Source: Eledone cirrhosa
Taxonomy: Eukaryota
NCBI GenBank assembly: GCA_964016885.1
Contig: OZ024755.1
Span: 42,346,001 to 42,410,000, forward strand
DNA: 64,000 nt
Direction: 5' to 3'
Positions 57,750-64,000 of this stretch are shown piece by piece (within the stretch, counting starts at the first letter, position 1; each line of letters begins with the position of its first letter). The translations under genes and the position numbers were made by a program. The notes beneath the pieces were generated by a model. It was not told the DNA's origin, made no database searches, and worked only from the letters and a program-made list of their open reading frames with translations.

Positions 57750-57946
57750 GTATATATGTATATATATATATATATGTATATATGTATATATATGTATATA
57801 TGTATATATGTATGTATATATGTATATATATGTATATGTATATATATATGTATATATATATGTATATATATATATATATGTATATGTATATATGTATATA
57901 TATATGTATATATATATATATATGTATATGTATATATGTATATATG
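57248..57946. repeat. (TA)n/TATG microsatellite, right part shared with 53892-54322
   Basis: Same interruption pattern, including two TATGCATA variants. Confidence 0.93.
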
Positions 57947-60932
57947 TATATTTGGGGAGGGTCATATTTGCGTAATATTGCCAGAATTAATAACAGAACA
58001 CACTCACTGTTTGGTTGGTTTAATAAAAGAGTTTGCATACCACAACAAATAGATGACGAGACGGAGGCACAGTTCACCATAGCTAGAAATAAGATTAGAC
58101 AAGTAGTAGACAGGTACACTATGAGACAGAGCAGACCAGAGGCCCAACAACTTGGGATAAAACCTGTAGAAGGCTTGGTTAGCCTCAAGCAGCGCACAAG
58201 GGATGGTGAGGTAGTGTGTCTACCCACAGATAAGTCTGGTAGGATGTCAATAGATAGCATGCCGAACTACATCGAGGCAATGCAACCCCACATCACCAAC
58301 ACGAGCGAAGTTGCACAACTAACACACGATGGGAGAGAAAAAATCCTCAACGCTCACATGATGATGTGGACTGACATCCTAAAGCCAAGCAGACGCACTG
58401 CCAACAACTTCCAGGCGTCTAACAATGGCATACCACCCTTGTATGGGCTCCGCAAAGACCACAAGACAGTCGACGACCCGACAATAGGACCACCAACAAG
58501 ACCTGTATGCGGAGCTAATATAGCTAGCAACTACAGGATCTCCTACTTCCTCTCAATGGTTATACGCCCCATAATCAAGATGTCCCCAGATGTATGTGAA
58601 AGTACAGAGGACCTCCTCAGCGGAATCAGTGAGTGCAACAAAAACAGGAGCCTATCCAACTGCATAATAGGCAGCATGGATGTGGTGTCACTGTACCCAT
58701 CCATTAACATTGATTTTGCTGTGAAAAGATGTGTGGAGATGATCATTGAGAGTGAGGTGGAGTTCTGCGACGTCGACACAGACGAACTGGGCCTCCTACT
58801 TAGACTTACCTACGACACTGACTACCTAGACAGCCATGACCTTAGATGTTTCTGCCCTAGTAGACCTATAAGAGGTAGACCCCCCACCATAACCTCAATG
58901 GCTAAAAAGACTCCCATAGGAAGGTGGATTGGGTGGACCAAAGCTATACGGACCCCCCAAAACACTGATCAGGTAAGAAAAATGGTCGCACATGCAATAG
59001 GGGCTAGTATCAAAACTACCCTAAAGGGCCACATATTTAAGTTCAATGAGAAAATCTACACCCAAAATGAGGGAGCAGCCATCGGCGTCAGCATAGCTGG
59101 CGATGTTGCCAACCTTTTCATGGTATGGTGGGAAAGGAGACTTAAAGATCTCCTTAATGAAAGCTCCATAGACCTCATCATGTACTCTCGTTATGTAGAC
59201 GATATCAATATAGTTATAAGAACACCCCCACTAGAGAGCACTAACAAGTTTGATTTAGAACGTAGCACGATGGAAAGCATCCAGCAGATAGCTAATTCCA
59301 TACACCAGAGTATAACTGTAACTATAGACTTCCCTTCCAAACACCCTAACAATAGACTACCTGTATTAGACACAGAACTCTGGATTAACACTATAGACGA
59401 GAGAGCCCAAATTCTCCACTCACACTATGCTAAACCCATGGCCTCCAAATACCTGATACTCAAAAACTCAGCAATGTCCAGTAGTGCTAAGTTTAATATT
59501 CTGATCGCAGATTTGGTACGAGTGATGAAGAATGTGTCCAGCATGTGCGACCCAACAGAAATGGAAGGACACATCCAACACTTCATCAACCGCATGCAGT
59601 TCTCTGGCTACAACCAAAGAGACAGAGTCAGAGTATACGAAGGAGCCATGGAAAAGTATAAGACCCTCATAGAACTGGACATGAAAGGAATTTGCCCACT
59701 ATACAGGAGCAAATCATGGAATAGCTTAGATAGGGCTAGACATAAGATAGGGAAGGCCACATCATGGTACGACAACCAGAGATATCAGAGTGTCATGTTT
59801 GTGGACGCCACCCCTGGAGGGAAATTAGCTAACCAGTGTAGAAAGGCCCTGAGAAAGACCCACTTAAAAATAAAGGTGGTAGAAAAGCCAGGAACCACCA
59901 TAAAATCCCTGATCAGCAAAACCTACCCTTTTAAGAAAACCCACTGTACCAATAGGAAATGTATCATATGTAAGGTGAACCCCCGGATAAACTGTAAAAC
60001 TAGAAACGTAGTCTATAGCATAAGATGTACAGAGGGTACTTGCAGAAACACGACAACAACATACATAGGTGAGACAGCTCGTAGCATAGGTGAAAGGATA
60101 GACCAACACTGGGGGGAACTAAAAGGACGAAAAAACGGGTCAGTACTATACGAACATGCTAGACAACATCATGACGGTAACATAGACAACATAGAAATTA
60201 GAATAATATCTAAACATAGGAATGACCCAGCAGATAGGCAAATCAGAGAGGCCAGTGAAATAGAAATTAGAAGACCAAAGCTAAACAGAAAGAATGAGTG
60301 GAACAACAACAACACCCAAACAAACAACACTGACCTAAGAGAAGTATAAATAAATAAGTAAATTAAATTAAATAAAATAAGATAAATAAATACATACACA
60401 AGCACATAAACACACACTAGTCACCCAGCAGACACAACACTATACACACTAGTCACACATCACACATAACACTATACACACACGCAAACGCATGCGCAAA
60501 GAAGACAAAATAAAATAAGATAAACAAACAAGCAAATAAATAAATAAATAAATATATAGACAGACTGAACAAAAAAAAAAATGGCGTAGACATACAACAC
60601 AACAGGAGGAACAATGAATATAACACCACTGACGATGTTGCAGATGTGCAACGAAAGATTTATGTAAACTATATATATATGTGTTTGTCTATATTGTATC
60701 TGTATTATTTTTGACCGCCGGTCAGTCAATGGCAACATTGAGGACCGAGTAAGTTAGATCGCAGATATATATATATATAAAAGACAGCGAGAAGCGAAAA
60801 CCAACCAAACAGTGAGTGTGTTCTGTTATTAATTCTGGCAATATTACGCAAATATGACCCTCCCCAAATATAACAATATCTGTTTCGACACACGATTTCA
60901 TATAAAAAACCTCGCAAAACTAATTCATCGCC
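57947..60932 (+). mobile_element. Penelope-like element copy 2 (tandem duplicate, offset 3624)
   Basis: Same inverted cap and junction as copy 1, with few substitutions. Confidence 0.9.
58022..60349 (+). CDS. Penelope RT + GIY-YIG endonuclease, 5'-truncated
   Basis: As copy 1, but SRYVDD in place of SCYVDD and LNES in place of LNNS. Confidence 0.9.
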   Translation, partial: NKRVCIPQQIDDETEAQFTIARNKIRQVVDRYTMRQSRPEAQQLGIKPVEGLVSLKQRTRDGEVVCLPTDKSGRMSIDSMPNYIEAMQPHITNTSEVAQLTHDGREKILNAHMMMWTDILKPSRRTANNFQASNNGIPPLYGLRKDHKTVDDPTIGPPTRPVCGANIASNYRISYFLSMVIRPIIKMSPDVCESTEDLLSGISECNKNRSLSNCIIGSMDVVSLYPSINIDFAVKRCVEMIIESEVEFCDVDTDELGLLLRLTYDTDYLDSHDLRCFCPSRPIRGRPPTITSMAKKTPIGRWIGWTKAIRTPQNTDQVRKMVAHAIGASIKTTLKGHIFKFNEKIYTQNEGAAIGVSIAGDVANLFMVWWERRLKDLLNESSIDLIMYSRYVDDINIVIRTPPLESTNKFDLERSTMESIQQIANSIHQSITVTIDFPSKHPNNRLPVLDTELWINTIDERAQILHSHYAKPMASKYLILKNSAMSSSAKFNILIADLVRVMKNVSSMCDPTEMEGHIQHFINRMQFSGYNQRDRVRVYEGAMEKYKTLIELDMKGICPLYRSKSWNSLDRARHKIGKATSWYDNQRYQSVMFVDATPGGKLANQCRKALRKTHLKIKVVEKPGTTIKSLISKTYPFKKTHCTNRKCIICKVNPRINCKTRNVVYSIRCTEGTCRNTTTTYIGETARSIGERIDQHWGELKGRKNGSVLYEHARQHHDGNIDNIEIRIISKHRNDPADRQIREASEIEIRRPKLNRKNEWNNNNTQTNNTDLREV

Positions 60933-61080
60933 TATATATGTATATATATATATATGTATATATGTATATATATGTATATATGTATATATGTATATATGTA
61001 TATATGTATATATGTATATATATATATATGTATATGTATATATATGTATATATATATATATGTATATATATGTATATATG

Positions 61081-61111
<31 letters not shown>

Positions 61112-61130
61112 GTATATATATGTATATATG

Positions 61131-61161
<31 letters not shown>

Positions 61162-61194
61162 GTATATATATATATGTATATATATGTATATATG

Positions 61195-61261
<67 letters not shown>

Positions 61262-61756
61262 GTATATGTATATATATATATATGTATATATATGTATATA
61301 TGTATATATATATATATGTATATGTATATATATGTATATATATGTATATATGTATATATATGTATATATATGTATATATATGTATATATATGTATATATG
61401 TATATATATGTATATATATATATATGTATATGTATATATATGTATATATATGTATATATGTATATATATGTATATATGTATATATGTATATATATATATG
61501 TATATATGTATATATATGTATATATGTATATATGTATATATATATATGTAATATGTGTATATATGTATATATATATATGTAATATGTGTATATATATATA
61601 TGTATATATGTATATATATATATGTAATATGTGTATATATATATATGTATATATGTATATATATATATGTAATATGTATATATATATATGTAATATGTAT
61701 ATATATATATATATGTAATATGTATATATATATGTATGTATATATATATGTATATA
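60933..61756. repeat. (TA)n/TATG microsatellite ending in the GTAATATG signature block
   Basis: Direct reading; abuts unique-looking sequence at ~61757. Confidence 0.97.
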
Positions 61757-62585
61757 AAATATTAAACAAATAATGAATAAAACAATGAAACAGTTCCTTA
61801 TATTAAACAAAAAAAGTTCATTATTTAACGATCGTTTCTAGGATATATATGTGTTAGAATTGGCATGCACATTCAACAGATCTATGTACAAAATTATACA
61901 AAATTATACAAACTATCAAGATTAAATATACATACCAAACACACATATATGCCGTCTTCAGAAATAATGAAATATATTTATTGATAATAACAACAATTCA
62001 AAATTTCAGGTCTGTTTGGGAACGGAGTTCAAAATTGACCAATGAAAATACAAAAAGTTTTATGCAGTTTGGTGTGTGTATATACATGTAACTAACCCCG
62101 TACACATATTTATACAAAGATATATGCTCAACATGCATACGCATGCCAAAAAGATGTATGCAAATACAAAAAATTTAAGGCTAATGTCTCTGTAAGTTTA
62201 TAATCCACAGATAAAATGCGTATAGACACATAAATATGAAATAAGTGTATACACATATTCTCATACTCACACATATCCATACACTCACACACACGCGCGC
62301 GTATATGCATAAACATACACATAATTACGAACATACATACACACACACACCCCCACACACATATATATGTGGATATAATATTATCATAAGCACATGGATA
62401 TTAATTCACTCACATAAACACTGCCACACACATCTAGATCAAGATACAGAAATTAGGTGGGAGGGGGGGAGAGGTCAGTATTCAACTGTTTGGGCAGACT
62501 GCTTATTTATAGATGTATCTATAAACTTCGAAATAAAAAGAAAAGAAAAGAAAAAGAAAAAAGAAGAAAGAAGAAATATATCAAG

Positions 62586-62589
<4 letters not shown>

Positions 62590-62650
<61 letters not shown>

Positions 62651-62715
62651 CTACACATACAACACACACACACACACATATATAAACATATACATATATA
62701 TATATACACACATAT

Positions 62716-62756
<41 letters not shown>

Positions 62757-63131
62757 TACACATATATACACACACACATATATAGACACGCATATATATA
62801 CACATACACGCACATATACATACACATACATACTTATATACATACAGACATACACATACATACATATATATACACACATATACATACAGACATACATACA
62901 TACATACACACATACACACATACATACATACACATACATACTCATACATAGACATAGATATATATTCACCCACACATACGTACTTATATATACGCATATA
63001 TACAAATACTTACGCATCCATATATCGGTATATACATACAAAACACCACTACACTCTCACACAACTCAGACATACAAAGAAAAAGGTATATACATATACA
63101 CATATACACATACAAATAGAGATACATATAC

Positions 63132-63164
<33 letters not shown>

Positions 63165-64000
63165 CATACATATATACAAATACATACGCATCCATATATG
63201 CGTATATACATACAAACACCACTACACTCTCACACAACTCAGACATACAAAGAAAAAGGTATATACATATACATATATACACACATTAATAGAGATACAT
63301 ATACACATATATATATATATATACACATACATTTATATATATACCCACACACACATACAACCATAAACACACATACAAACACATACATACACACATATAT
63401 ATACATATATATACACACACACAAAAACACACATACACATATATATTTTTACACATACATATACATATATATACATATACACACCTCCACATATATACAT
63501 ATACACATAAGTTATATTATAATAATAAATAATATATATATATACACATACGAAAATATACATACACACATAGATATACATATTTATATACACACACACA
63601 CACACACACTCACATATATATGTGCGCACACGTACATATATACACATACACACATATACACATAAACATATACATGTGCATACATGTACATACACACATA
63701 TACCCACATAGATACGAAGATAGACATATATATAGAGAGACATACATATACATACACATATATACATAGACATACATACACACATATATATACACACAAC
63801 ATACACGCCCACACATATATACACATATACACACATATATATATATATATACACATATATATATACACATGCATATATACACATATATATATATACATAT
63901 ATATATACACACAATCATACATTCTTATTTGCATGCGCATATATGTATTTTATACTCAGATATAAACACCCAAACATATATACACCTACCTACATATATA
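62590..64000. repeat. Degenerate (TA)/(CA)/(CATA) low-complexity tract of opposite strand polarity
   Basis: Interruptions are C on the + strand; contains a direct repeat at ~63045-63125 / ~63217-63300. Confidence 0.9.

Overview
This is eukaryotic, almost entirely repetitive DNA with no recognisable host gene; a cephalopod/mollusc-type genome is my inference from the repeat content. A (TA)n microsatellite punctuated almost only by G on the + strand forms a scaffold holding retroelements of many lineages. These are two CR1-like copies, an RTE with a PHD-like finger (plus a 3' fragment), a second RTE with C2H2 fingers, an RTE-derived bipartite non-autonomous element (x2), an R4/Dong-like RLE fragment, a Naiad-like Penelope with pLTRs and a tandemly duplicated Neptune/Nematis-like Penelope. 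The C2H2 RTE carries a different full-length Tx1/L1 element inserted in an (ATT)n tract in each UTR. The most striking item is a 468-bp tandem array (43225-48212) with one canonical minimal type I hammerhead ribozyme per unit (10 in total), arranged as a ~5 kb head-to-head palindrome. It looks like a retrozyme inserted by rolling-circle, twin-primed reverse transcription. Three further hammerhead families plus one degenerate core occur, each with its own helix III. All poly-YI/IY ORFs are microsatellite artefacts. Clade names and RNA folds were assigned by eye, without database searches.
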